Source: the human T2T-CHM13v2.0 reference genome, Homo sapiens
Direction: 5' to 3' (one strand)
Length of the DNA stretch: 64,000 nucleotides
Assembly (NCBI RefSeq): GCF_009914755.1
Contig: NC_060940.1
The stretch's first letter is position 1; every line of letters begins with the position of its first letter. This document shows positions 14,740-29,040 of the stretch, in pieces. A program made the position numbers and the translations under genes. The notes under the pieces are model-generated. The model did not search any database, had not been told where the DNA came from, and worked only from the letters and a program-made list of their open reading frames with translations.

Positions 14740-15160
14740 CTCCAGCAGCCGCACTCGTTACTTTAGTAAGCATTGTAGATCCAATTCGTCCATGGCTAGT
14801 CTGGGATGAGCCAAGTTATGTTATTCTCTCACTTTAAAATCCTCTAAAAACCATCCTTTACACTTGGAATAAAACACAACGTTTTTACCATCTCCTAAAT
14901 TTCCTACATGATCTGACCCTGCTTTCAGCTGATTTTCTCTCCCTTTTTCCTGCTTTCTGTGTTTCAGCAACACTGTCCTTCTCTTTCTTGAGCACATACA
15001 TCCTTTCCTGCCCTAGGACCTCTGCACTTGCTGTTCCGCTGATGCTTCCTGACCCTTCCTGGGATATTCTTTTATGTGATTTTTGTATGTCTGTCCTGGT
15101 CTCATCCTTCAGGTCTTGTTCAAGTGTTAATTGCTTCAGAAGATCTCCCTTCAGCATTAA
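14740..15160 (+). mobile_element. L2 fragment (followed by a minus-strand MIR at about 15180-15300)
   Basis: aggacctctgcacttgctgttcc...ctcatccttcaggtctt. Confidence 0.8.
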
Positions 15161-15909
15161 AGCCACTGGTTTATTTGACAGATACTGTCTTATTAGTGCC
15201 ATTATTATTTTCATTTTTATAAATGACAAAATTGAGGCTTGGAAAAGTGAAATAACCTGCCTAAGGACCCACAGCTAGTAAGTAGTACAGTTGCAATGGA
15301 ATAGAAAGGCAAGTAACTGTGCTGTTGTTTTCTATGAGGCTTGCTTACTTATCAGGGGAATCTTCTTTTGGGAAGTCATTTTAGGTTCAGATTGATTCAT
15401 GTTGCGTCTCTTTCTCTGACGCATACTCAGACCGTGTTTGATTACTGGTGTAAGCAAACTTCCCTGATCAGAATGCTAGCCTTCCTCTTTTCCTGTGGGC
15501 CAGCACCTTTATCATTTATCTTATTACAAACCCAATTGGAAACAGCTCATGCTGAGGAGAGACCAAAATTGCCAACACTAAACTTTTCTACTTTCCAAAG
15601 CAGTTTGTGAAATAAAAGGGGTAACAATTTTTCCCCCTCAGGCCAATTCAGTATAGTGATAAGAATAGGTCTCAACACCAGGCACAAACAATATTTCCCT
15701 GTCGGTGTGGGATCTACCCTTGTAGGACCCCCATTCATCTACACCCTCACCCAAGCCCAAGCACTTCTTATCCACTTCTTTCCCCTTCCTGCTGCTGAGA
15801 TATGTCCCTGGTTGAGACCATCAATGCCAGATGTTGATGGACAAAATAGCCATGAAATGTTTTTTCTCTTTTCACTGAATTCCCTGGGGACTCCTGGACT
15901 TTTTCCATG

Positions 15910-16350
15910 GGAGGCCAGAGAAAGAGCATTGGATTGGAATCAGATAAAACCGGGTTCAAAGCTCAGAGCTCCTACTCATCAGGTAAAGGACTTTGGGTAA
16001 AGTAATTATCCCTTTCTGAGCCTCAGCTTTCTCATCTGTAAATTACTGGCCTTACTGAGTAGTTAAGAAAATTAAAAGAGATAATACATCTCAGATTGCT
16101 TGGTATACATCGTACTGAGTGGGAGGGTAGAATGATCGTCAAAGGTGCAAGGTTCCATTTTTACTAGTTAAGCTGGTTTACCATGGGGAAGGTACTTATT
16201 TTCTTAGCACGTTGGTTAAGCTCATCTAAAATATCAGGATAGTTACAGAACATTTGTCATTAGGCTTTTGTATAAATTACGTAAGTTAGTTCATGGAGAG
16301 TTCTCTTTAGCCATGGCTGGAATGTAGTAAGTGTTCAACCAATACTATTA
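15910..16350 (+). mobile_element. Two tandem MIR SINEs
   Basis: ctgagcctcagctttctcatctgtaaa core, then a second degraded copy. Confidence 0.7.
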
Positions 16351-17703
16351 TTACAATTGATATCAACTTTCTTCAAAAATGTCAGCAAATGGGAATTTTT
16401 GGTTATTGTGCACTCTCTCAATCTTTCTAGGATTTTAAGCTCTGTCCACATTACTGGAATGGAAGGAGATATGAGTAATGGAGACTCATTCCTCTTCACC
16501 AACCCCTGGACCACTTCTCTTAGGAGCTCTTTTCTGTTAGGATGAGTATAGGCCCTAAAGTGGCCTACCCCACAGACCCTCTGGACATGCCCTGACATAA
16601 TCAGATACCAGAAGAAGCACAGTGGGGGCTTTTGACCCACAATGCTACTGCTCAAAGCAACTTGGAATGAGAGGAAGTGGGTTCTTTATGAAGAGGACCG
16701 TCCTTCCCCCAAATCAAAATGCCAGAAATCATACCACTTCCAGCCTTGACAAAGCAGCTGGCTTTGGGTTAGCCTCCCTGCTTTAAAAAAGTATAAAACT
16801 AAACAAAATTTATGCTTCTAGTCACTGGGTAGTAAGCAGCCCAAGACTGTGATCCTGGAGTGTGGGAAACTCATGAAGTAAGACCCACATCAGTGTGGTA
16901 TTGGCTGGGACAATCTTTGGATCACGGTGCAGAGAGTTGGAGCCTGGGTAGGAAGTAGCAGTGCTACTGATCTGATGAGGCAGAGATCAGAGATCAGGAC
17001 TGCTGAAGTGGCTGGAAGCTATAAGGCAGGGCACTGGAAAGGAGGGAGCTGAACAGAGAAATCTCAGTAAGTCTCTGTAGGGATTCTAAAGGATTCCTTG
17101 GCTGAGGGTTGCACATGTGCAGAGCAAAATTATGCAAGACTTACCAGTGAGTCACTGTCATGGGCTGACAGAAGATAATACTGCAGGTTAATGAGTACTA
17201 GGAGATGTGAGAGTTGTGGTCTACCCACAGTTGAGAAACCTTGTTAACATGTTGGTCATCCAGATGAGAAACCAGGAAAAATACTCCTATGATGTGGGAA
17301 TATATTATAGAGCAAGGTCTTCTCTGGATCTTCTCTAACAAAGCTTAAAATCTAGCCTGGCAAAATCTGCAGAGACATCAACATTTGGAGTTTGAGGGGC
17401 TTAGGAAAAACCTTGGGGATTCTATAGATCTACTTTAACAAAGCATAATGCCAAGACTACACATGTTAAAGGTGATTCCTCAGTAACTGATCCTCCTTAG
17501 AGAATAAAAATCAACATTCTTTAGAGTGAAAGAACCCAGAGTCTCTATAATGTTCCTTTATTGATGTCCAGTATACACTAAAAAATCACTAGACATGCAA
17601 AGAGTCAGGAAAATGTTAACCATTCATTGTCAAGAACAAAAGTGAGTTTATAGAAATCAATACCAAGATGATGGATATTATGAAAAAGAATATAAAGCAT
17701 CAA

Positions 17704-18286
17704 CTTATTGGTTGATTTTTAAATTTATTTAAAATAAATTTTATTGTGTATATTTAACATATACAATATAATGCTATGGGTAACATACAGATAATAAAAT
17801 GGCTGTTATAGTGAAACAAATTAACATATCCATCATCTCACAAATTATCTTTTTTTTGTTTTTTGTTGCAAAAACAACTAAAATCTACTTATTTAGCAGA
17901 AATTCCAAATACAGTACAATTTTATTACCTATAGTCTTCATGTTGTACATTAGACCTTCAGACTTCTTAGTCCTATATATGTACTATCTCATATCAGCTG
18001 ACTTACATTTCCTTATTTCTTCACTACTCCTTTTTCTTGTCCCTGGTAATCAATATTTTAATCTCTACCTCTATATATTTGACTTTAGAAAAAATAATTT
18101 TATAATATTTTTCTTTCTGTGCCTGGTTTATTTCACTTAGCATAATGTTCTTCAGGTTTATCCATGTTGTGCAAATGGCAGGCTCTCCTTGTTTTTAAAG
18201 CTAACTAGTATTTCATCATGAAATAAGTTTCTTTATCCATTTGTCCACTGATGGACATTTAAGTTGTTTCCATACTTGGCTATTAT
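17704..18286 (-). mobile_element. L1MA 3' fragment
   Basis: Perfect 16-bp TSD gaatataaagcatcaa (17688-17703, 18287-18302); L1MA 3'UTR motifs. Confidence 0.9.
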
Positions 18287-19054
18287 GAATATAAAGCATC
18301 AAATTAAATATATTCAAGAACTTAAAGGGAAATATGGCCCTTCTGGGTAAACAGATAAGGAATATCAACAAAAAATGGAAATTACATAAAAAACATGAAA
18401 ATTATGAATTGAAAAGTATTGTAATTTAAATTAAAAATTCACTAAATGGATTTGATAACAGATTGGAAACCCATTTGTGATGAAAAACTCTTAGGAAATT
18501 GAAACAGAAGGGAACATCTTCTATTTGATAAGCAGCATCTATAAAAGCTGTACAGTTAACATACTGTTTAGTGAATGCTTTTGCCCCCACCCTCCACAAT
18601 ATTAGAAACAAGGCAAGAATATCTTACCACTATTAAATTTTTTGCTAGATGGGGGAACTAGTTAGTGCAACAAGGCATCAAAAGTAAGAACAAAGGTATG
18701 GAAATTTGAAAGGCATAGTAAAATTTTTCTCTATTTTCAGATGACATGATTGTCTACATAGAAAATTCTACATAAAATTCTAGACATAATAAATGAAATT
18801 AGCAAAGTCAAAAAATTCAAGGTCAATATAAAAATCACTTGTGTTTAAATTTGTTGATCATAAGGAACTAAAAAATGAAATTTAAATATCATTTAGAAGA
18901 AGATCAAAAATAAAATATTTAGGAATGAATTTAATGAAAGATATGCAAAACTTTAATAGTAAAACCAATTAACATTGCTAAGAGCAATTGAAAAGGAAAA
19001 AGAGGGGAGATTGAGAGAGATACCATGTTCTTGGATTGGCATATTCAATATGAT

Positions 19055-19612
19055 TGTGGTAGGTAGACCTCTAATATGGCTTCCAATGATCAGCATCTCC
19101 TGGTATTCACGTCTTACGTAATCCTCTCCCTTTAGTATGTGCTGAGTCTAGTGACTTGCCTCTAATGAATAGAATATGGCAAAGATGATAGAATGATTCT
19201 TCTGAGATTAGGTTCTAGAAGACTGACTACTGTCTTCTTCTAACTCTCTCTTGCTTACTTTGATGAGGCCAGCTGCCATGGTGTAAGCTTCCTTATGGAA
19301 GGATCCACATAGCAAGGATTTGAGGGTAGCCTCCAGCTCACAACCAATAAGGGTGAGACTGTCAGTTCAACAACCTGTGAGGAACTAAATCCTGCCAATA
19401 ACCACTGAGTGAGCTTGGAAATGGATCCAGTCAAACCCTCAGATGACTGCAGTCTAGGCCACCTAATTGCATCCTTGAGTGAGACCCTGAGCTGGAAGAC
19501 CTAGCTAAGTCATGTCCATGTTACTGACCCACAGATAATCTTCTGAGATACTAAATGCTGTCATTTTGTGTTTGGAGATTTTTTTTTATGTAGCAGTAGA
19601 TAACTAATAACA
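19055..19612 (+). mobile_element. MaLR LTR (MLT1F-like)
   Basis: tgtggtagg...ctcctggtattcacg ... gcagtagataactaataaca. Confidence 0.9.
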
Positions 19613-20071
19613 TTGTTATTGTATTGTTCTCTCCAAACTTACCTATAGTCATAATCCCAATCAAAACCCAAGCAGGCTTTGTAGAGTACAAAAGATCTAG
19701 AATAGCCAAAACCATTTGAAAAACAAGAGAGAAATTAGGGAAACTGCACTACTCAATTTCAAAGCTACCATATCAAGACTGTAAAAGTTTTGAAATAAAG
19801 CTACAGTATCAAGACAGTGTAGTATCGGTGTAAAGACAGAGTCTAGAAATAACCCACACATATGATCAACTCATTTTAGACAAAGACTTTAAGAATTCAC
19901 TTGGATAAATGGGGTGTTTTTTTAACAAATGGTGATAGAAAAAGAGGATATTTAGAGAGGAAAATGTGAGCCTTGGTCTCTGCTTTACACTATACACGAA
20001 ATTTCATTTACAATGTATCACAGACCTAAATATAAATGCTTAAATCTGTAAGAAGAAAACATAGGAGAAAA

Positions 20072-20156
20072 ATCTTATGATTAAGACTTATGACATAAGA
20101 CTTACATCTTATGACTTCAGACTTATGACATAAGACTTATGCCTTATGACTTAAGA
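20072..20156. repeat. Short compound tandem repeat of cttatga(cataaga)
   Basis: About 34-35 bp unit x2.5 inside the L1. Confidence 0.85.
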
Positions 20157-20662
20157 TGTCTAAAATTAAAAAGAATGACTATGTCAAGTGTTGTTGAGGG
20201 TATGAAACAACAGGAACTTTCTAATGGTACGACCACTTTGGAAAAGAGTATGTCAGTGAAAACGTTAAATACACACTCATAAGTTAAATACACACTCATA
20301 AGACTCAGCAGTTCTGCTCTTGGCTATTTATCCAAGGTGAAATAAAAATGTACATTCACAAACAGACTTGTACCTGAATGTTCACTGCAGCTTTATTTCT
20401 AACAGTCAAAAACTGGAAAAAACCCAAATGTCTATCAACAAGTGAGTGAAAAACAATTTTGGAATAGTACTGTACAGTTAAAATGAACATCCTACTGTTA
20501 CATGCAAGAACCATGACTGGATCTCGAAAACAGCCTGGGTTAAAGAAGCCTTACATTGAAGAGTAAATACTGTATGATTTCACTTTAAAAAGTTCTCGAA
20601 TCAGCAAAAATTATCTATGGCAATAGAAATAACATCAATAGTTGCCTAGGGTGGAGAGTTGA

Positions 20663-21043
<381 letters not shown>

Positions 21044-21076
21044 CATTTTCAGTATCTCGATCAGGGTAGTGGTGAC

Positions 21077-21782
21077 TGTTGGAGAAATACCATATAGTTC
21101 AAAAGAAAATCCCCTCTCAACTCAGAAAGGTAGAAGAGAAGGCAGACGATTTCATTACTGAATAAGCATTAGTCCAGAATGTGATGTACATCACAGGCAA
21201 TCTGCCGCACAATTGCAAAGATAGAAAGAAATCTCACCCTTTTATACAGTCAAGCAGATACAACCCATTACCTGCAGATTCTCAAGATAAACAATAAATA
21301 GTCCTCAAGTCAGAGAATTTGACAGCAACATTTGTCATACATAGTTCACCCTAGATTCACTTAGTAATTGGGATGGCCATCTGTGCTTGCTAATTGGCTT
21401 TATCCTAAGGAAAAATAGACTTCTCACATCTTTATGACAGGAGACAGTTTTGTAACTTGCAGTGAGGTGCCCACTCCAGCTTGGATTAGACTCCTATTCT
21501 CCCACAGGAATTGGGAGATAGAGGCGCCATCTTTCTTGATGATTACATTTCTAAGAGATGGTACCCAGGTCCCTGAGAAAGCCATTTCTGGCTCCTAAAG
21601 CTGGCAAGAGACTTAGTTCACTTTTAAAAAGATTTACATACATTTTAAAGAGACAGAGAAAGAGCCTACAATTAGAGGTTTTCTAAAGTAAATGCTCTAA
21701 CAAAAGAGAGGGAGAAGTCTCTTTCATTATTTTCAACAGGGAAAATTAGGCCTCTTGTTTTTAATTTGTCTTTGCCACTACA
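21077..21782 (-). mobile_element. ERV1 (MER4-group) solo LTR, subfamily uncertain
   Basis: TG...CA termini; 4-bp TSD tgac/tgat; interrupts the L1 3'UTR. Confidence 0.85.
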
Positions 21783-22217
21783 TGATGTAAGGGTATATCT
21801 TTGTCCAAATTATTAAACTGTACACTGAAAATGTGTGCATCTTAGTGTATGACAATATACCTTAAAAAAGGTGATTTAAAATATGCCACGAGTCCTCTGG
21901 AACACTTCTGCAGACAAAAAAGATAACAAGTGTTGGTGAGGATATGGAGAAAAGGGAATCCTTGCACACTATTGGTGGGAATGTAAGATAGCACAGCCAT
22001 TATGGAAAACAGTATAGAGAGGTGCCTTAAAAAGTTAAAAATAGAACTACCATGTGAGCCAACAATCCTACTACTGCATACATATCCAAAGGAAATAAAA
22101 TCACCATGTCAAAGAGACATCTGCACACCCATGTTTATTAGAGCACTATTCACAATAGCCAAGACATGGAAGCAACCTACGTGTCCATCAATGGATGAAT
22201 GAATAAAGAAAATGCAA

Positions 22218-22618
<401 letters not shown>

Positions 22619-22920
22619 TTATATGAAGTGAAATAAGCCAGGCATTGAAAGACAAATACTGCATGATCTCACTTATATGTGAAACCTTAAAAAGCTGATC
22701 TCACAGAAATATAGAGTATAGTGTTAGAGGGGTGGGGAGAATGGGAGACGTTGGTCGAAGGATACATAATGAGAGGAAGAATAAATTTCAAGACATCTAT
22801 TGTGCAGCAAGGTGACTGTAGTTAATGATGTTGTGCTGTATTCTTGAAAAATGTAGAGTGGATATTATGTGCTCTCCCCACAAAAATAATAACCGTGTGA
22901 AGAAATGCATTTGCTAACTT

Positions 22921-22973
22921 TTGGGTTGGTGCAAAAGTAATCGTGGTTTTTGCCATTACTTTCAATGGCAAAA
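22921..22973 (+). mobile_element. MADE1 (Hsmar1-derived MITE), truncated
   Basis: ggttggtgcaaaagtaatcgtggtttttgccattactttcaatggcaaaa. Confidence 0.9.
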
Positions 22974-23036
22974 TGTATATATACTTTAAGACATCGTGTG
23001 ATACATAATAAAACATACTATGTTATCTGTCAATCA

Positions 23037-23473
<437 letters not shown>

Positions 23474-23716
23474 TTAGGAAAAAAAATTATCCCTACATAA
23501 TACTTAATGTGTGTCAAATGAGCATTTCTCTCTCACAGACGAGAAACCCAAAGCTCAGAGAGTTTTAGGGGTTTATCTGGGATCTCATGGCAGGGAAGTG
23601 GGCTGCGTCCACATGCAATTCCTGTTCTGTCTGATACTAGAACTTCCTTCTTTTTACTATACAGTTTCTTTTGAAGCTGTATTTTAAAATTACTATTTCT
23701 TTTAAGAGTCAAATTG

Positions 23717-24016
<300 letters not shown>

Positions 24017-25270
24017 TCAAACTGATGAAGGTCTTGATCCTCTTGGAAACAAATATCTGGAAAACATCTCTACAGTGATCTCTGAAAGGTGGCCTGGAAC
24101 AGTATCAGAATTCCCACTTAAACCCCAGCTGATGGCTTTGGAAAAGTCACTCCATCCATCCAGTCTCAAAATTCCTTATCCGTAAAATGAGACTGCCAGT
24201 ATGTATTTCAAGATTTGGAAATAGTAAATGGAAACGCAGGTCAATCATTAGGCGCAGAGCAGGCTTTGCAAGGTAACAGTTATTGCTGGTTATCATTAAC
24301 TGTATAGTCATTAGCAGAATCTCTTAACCAATATGCTGGGCTCAGGGAACCCCAGGGCCATGAGTCAATGGGGAGAACAACCAAGGACACCTGAGTCTCA
24401 CTAGCTGGTTCTGAATTGTGAGATGTCTCAGTTCCTGTTTTCCCTTGGTTACCAGATGGCGACCCCTAAGATGAGGCAGCTATACAAATCGATTGTGATG
24501 CTCTTGTGTTACTTTTGTAAGACTCTGATCATTTCTGGCCCTGTAGACACCACCACAATCTGTCTAACTGAACTCTTCAGCAAAAGGGTGATTTGTTCCC
24601 ATCTTTACCATCTGAACCAGAGGCATCCATGAGTTAACCTGGCATTGTCTCAGGAGAAGCAGGGATGATTTATAAAGACAGCGACGACATAACCGTCTCC
24701 ATGACCCGACATGTCTCACACCTCTTTTCATTGGTCAAACAAATTAATCTGGATATGTCATTTAAACACAACAGCTGCAGTGACTCAAAGAGCTGAGGCT
24801 GGGCAAGATGGAAGATGTGTCCATTCTCCAAGCTGGGATAGGAAAGCTTTGCCAAGCCTCATTCCATCCTAGCTTTTTTTTAGCCCTTGATTGCTTTATG
24901 ATAAAAGATGCTCATTTTCTTGTAACCCCTTAAAATTTGGAAGGATAGGGTGGTGATGTCTATTCTTAAAAAAACCATGGATGATAGTAAAAATAAGAAA
25001 AATCCTCTATGTTTCCCTTTAGTTACCCATCAATTCATACTAAGTCTGTCTCAGATGGGTCAAAGAGAATCCTTGTACTATGGTATGGTTGAAAACTGAA
25101 TGTGGCTTGTCAATATTTTACTTGGTCTATGTAGTGGGGGTTTTAATTTTGTCCATGTTTCTTTTTTCTTACTTAAAAAATAGAGAAAAGTAACAATGCC
25201 TATGTGCCTATCAACCAAAAATAATCAACTGCATATATATATACATATATATGTATATATATATATATAT

Positions 25271-25571
<301 letters not shown>

Positions 25572-25599
25572 TCAACGCCTGCTATTTTCATGATACTGA

Positions 25600-25839
25600 T
25601 ATTTTTTTAATGGAGTGTAAATCTTTATTTGCCAATATTTTATAAGGTGAGGGTTTTGCATAAAAATATGGATTTCTGGATTGGAAAATTGAAAAAGCCT
25701 GAAAAAAACTGGGTTTGCATGTGGTAACATTTACCTGGAACTGACTTAACTGTTCCCCATTAAATAGAGTAGAAACCTTCCAGTTTGCCACAGTCCCCAC
25801 CATTCCCCTTTTGCTTCTTTCTCTCTCTTTCTTTCCTTC

Positions 25840-25896
<57 letters not shown>

Positions 25897-26315
25897 TTTC
25901 TTCTTTCTTTCTTTCTTTTTCTTTTCTTTTCTTCTCTTTCTTTCTTTTCTTTTCTTTTTTTTTTTGAGTCCCTCTCTCTTGCCTAGGCTGGAGTGCAATG
26001 GCGTGATCACGGCTCACCGCACCCTCCGCCTCCTGGGTTTAAGTGATTCTTCCACATCAGCCTCCTGAGTAGCTGGGATTACAGGCACCCGCCATCATGC
26101 CCAGCTATTGTTATTTTTTTTTGTATTTTTGTAGAGACAGGGTTTCACCATGTTGGCCAGGCTGGTCTCGAACTCCTGACTTCAGGTGATCTGCCGGCCT
26201 TGGCCTCCCAAAGTGCTGGGATTACAGGCGTGAGACACTGCACCTGGCCTCCCTTTTGCTTCTTACAGACAGCTTGGTTATCTATTTGACCCTTGTAGAT
26301 GGGTGGGTTTCTGAT
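25600..26315 (+). mobile_element. MER102-like hAT element, split by an Alu
   Basis: cataaaaatatggatttctgg ... ccagtttgccacagtccccacca. Confidence 0.7.
25820..26249 (-). mobile_element. Alu (AluS-type) with a tail expanded into a (TTTC)n/(GAAA)n tract at 25820-25965
   Basis: Exact 14-bp TSD cccttttgcttctt (25806-25819, 26251-26264). Confidence 0.95.
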
Positions 26316-26672
26316 TTTTTTTTTTTTTTCCGTGGTTTTCTTTCCAGTTTTCCTCCTCCCTGATGGTTCCTTTGGTTTCTTAATTTCCCTGATCTTTCTA
26401 GTACCCCACTTCTTCTTCCTCTCAACCTTTAGCCAGAATGTCAGTTTTTAAGTCCCTACCCTGGCTGGGCTTTGAGGAAAGTGGAAGCCAGATCCTTTAG
26501 GTGTTGTGCTAGGAAGGAAAGGACGCAGGAGCATACTTTTTCAGTTAAGCCTGGAGAAACAACTTTCAGACAAAGCTTTCTTTTTGGCCGTCTTTTAGCA
26601 TAGTTTCAGTTTATCATAACTTTAAATAAGTATAGCTTTTCTTCATCTTTCCCAACATGACTCTCTTATGTC

Positions 26673-26691
26673 AGAACAGCAGGGGGCACAA
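26673..26691 (+). promoter_or_regulatory. Candidate CTCF site
   Basis: agaACAGCAGGGGGCACaa versus core CCASYAGRKGGCRS: one mismatch, in non-repeat DNA. Confidence 0.5.
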
Positions 26692-26739
26692 AATTATTTC
26701 CTGGGAATAGAATGAGGTGGAGACAGTCCCCATCAGGCC

Positions 26740-27116
26740 ACTTTGGAAAACATGAAAAATATTACAAAGCAGAAGAAATAATTTTTAAACCGAGAGTTAG
26801 CCACTCTGGTATATTTCCTCCAGTATTTTAAAATTTATTTTATCTCCTTAGTTGAGACTGAAATAATACAATTTTGCATTTTCATTTTTTTGCTTGTCAT
26901 TATTGAGTAAATATTTTCCTATGACATTAAAAATGCTCATAAACATACTTTTAATGACTACATAAGTCCATCATAGTAATGTACCCTCATTTGTTTAACC
27001 AGTGCCATACTAGGAGACAGTTGGACTGTTTCCTGTTTCCTGTTCACTGTGTTGTAAATAACAGTGTACATGAAACATTGTGTTTCAGAATATTTCCATA
27101 TGATATTTTCTTTCTT

Positions 27117-27149
<33 letters not shown>

Positions 27150-27505
27150 AGATAGAGTCTTGCTCTGTCTCCCAGGCTAGAATGCAGTGGCACGCCATCT
27201 CGGCTCACTGCGAGCTCCGCCTCCCGGCTTCACGCCATTCTCCTGCCAACTACAGGCGCCCGTCACCATGCCCGGCTAATTTTGTTTTTTCATTTTTAGT
27301 AGAGACGGGGTTTCACTGTGTTAGCCAGGATGGTCTTGATCTCCTGACCTCGTGATCCACCCGCCTCGGCCTCCCAAAGTGCTGGGATTACAGGAGTGAG
27401 CCACCGCACCCAGCCCCATGTGATATTTTCTAAAAGGAGGATTTCTGCCTTGAAGAGTTGGACATTTTTAATGTTCTTGATATATTTGCCAAGTCGAAAC
27501 TCACA
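26740..27505 (-). mobile_element. Old L1ME-like fragment, split by AluY
   Basis: tttgtttaaccagt...ttggactgtttcc...gacatttttaatgttcttgatatatttgccaa. Confidence 0.7.
27112..27415 (-). mobile_element. AluY with an internal deletion of about 20 bp
   Basis: gagctccgcctcccggcttcacgccattctc and gtgttagccaggatggtc diagnostics; TSD ccatatgatattttct/ccatgtgatattttct. Confidence 0.95.
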
Positions 27506-27659
27506 TTTTGGTATTTGCGGGTAGTATCTTCATTGTACAGATATTGTGAAATGTTGGTGCAATGCCCCCAAAGGACTGGGTGACCCAAAGTGATGGGGAG
27601 GGAGGGTGAGCACTGGGGTGATGGATGAGAGATGTTTTGAGCCTTCTTGAGTAGAAAGT

Positions 27660-28035
27660 TGATATGGTTTGGCTGTGTCTCCACCCAAGTCTCATTCTGA
27701 ATTGTAGTTCCCATAATCCCCATGTGTCGTGGGACTGATCAGTGGGAAGTAATTGAACCATGGGGGTGGTTACCTTCATGCTGTTCTCATGACAGTGAGT
27801 GAGTTCTTGTGGGATCTGATGGTTTTATAAAGGACTTTCCCCACTTTCTGCTGGGCATTTCATCTTGCTGCCACTCTGTGAAGAAGGACGTGTTTGCTTC
27901 CCCTTCCACCATGATTGTAAGTTTCCAGAGGCCTCCTCTGCCATGCTGAACAGTGAGTCAATTAAACTTCTTACCTTTATAATTTACCCAGTCTCAGGTA
28001 TGTCTTTATTAGCAGTGTGAGAACAGACTAATACA
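27660..28035 (+). mobile_element. THE1 (C/D-like) MaLR solo LTR
   Basis: tgatatggtttggctgtgtc ... gaacagactaataca; TSD aaagt/aaagc. Confidence 0.95.
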
Positions 28036-28228
28036 AAAGCACACCCAGATTCTGAGGTTTCCCAAAGAAGTGCATTTTAATCCCAGCTAAACGATTTTTC
28101 TGAAATTGGCTTCTCAGTTTCCACCACCACAGAGGTTTAGTCAAACCAGGCATGTCAGCTCACTTTTACAGTCATTCCGTTTTTCTACCTGAATCATCAT
28201 TTTTTAAAATTTTTCTTTCTCTCTCTCT

Positions 28229-28358
28229 CTTTTTTTTAAATACAGAGGGAGTCTCACTACATTGCCCAGGCTGGTCTTGAACTCCAGGGCTTAAGTGATC
28301 CTCCTGCCTTGGCCTCCCAAAATGGTGGGATTACAGGTGTGGACCACCATGCCCAACC
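28229..28358 (-). mobile_element. FLAM / Alu left monomer
   Basis: Single monomer with a T-rich tail. Confidence 0.85.
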
Positions 28359-28359
28359 T

Positions 28360-28660
28360 TTAATTATATTTTTATCGATAAATAATAATCGCATATATTG
28401 ATGGAGTACAGTGTGATGCTTTGATACATGTATATATTGTGGATGAGGAAATCTGGCTAATTGACATATCTATTACCTCACATACTTACCATTTCTTTGT
28501 GGTGAAAACATTTGAAATTAACTGTTTTAGCAATTTTGGAATATACAATACATTACTATTAACTAGAGGCACCTTGCTGTGCAATAGATCACCAGAATTT
28601 ATTCCTCCTGTGTAACTGAAATGTTTTACCCTTTACCCATGATTTTATTTTCTCACTCCA
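28360..28660 (-). mobile_element. L1MA 3' end
   Basis: catatctattacctcacatacttaccatttctttgtggtgaaaacatt. Confidence 0.85.
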
Positions 28661-28732
28661 ACGCTCCTGCTAGCACATTCTTATGCATAATGTAGGGAGA
28701 TGACAAATAAACAAATATTTAGATTATATAAT

Positions 28733-29027
28733 CTTTTTGTTTTTATGAGATGGTGTCTCACTGTCACCCAGGCCGGAGTGCAGTCATGCAACCTCAACGC
28801 ACTGCAGCCTTCTCTTCCTGGGTTCAAGCGATTCTCCTGCCTCAGCCTCCAGAGTAGCTGGGACTGCAGGCATGTAACCACAACGCCTGGCTAATTTTTG
28901 TATTTTTGGTAGAGACAGGGTTTCACCATGTTGGCCAGGCTGGTCTTGAACTGCTGACCTCAAGTGATCTGCCCACCTTGACCTTTCAAATTGCTGGGAT
29001 TACAGGTGTGAAGCACCATGCCCGACC
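28733..29027 (-). mobile_element. Alu (AluSx-type)
   Basis: Exact 13-bp TSD tagattatataat. Confidence 0.95.
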
Positions 29028-29040
29028 TAGATTATATAAT

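Noticed and set aside
22002-22202. ORF with recognisable protein similarity
   Set aside because: Dead L1 ORF2 C-terminal remnant, not a host gene
25588-26068. K/E/R-rich and F/L/S-rich ORFs of up to 140 aa
   Set aside because: Translations of the (TTTC)n Alu tail
27925-27950. PRDM9 hotspot motif position in THE1 LTRs
   Set aside because: Neither THE1 copy (cctcctctgccat; tctccccagccat) matches CCNCCNTNNCCNC
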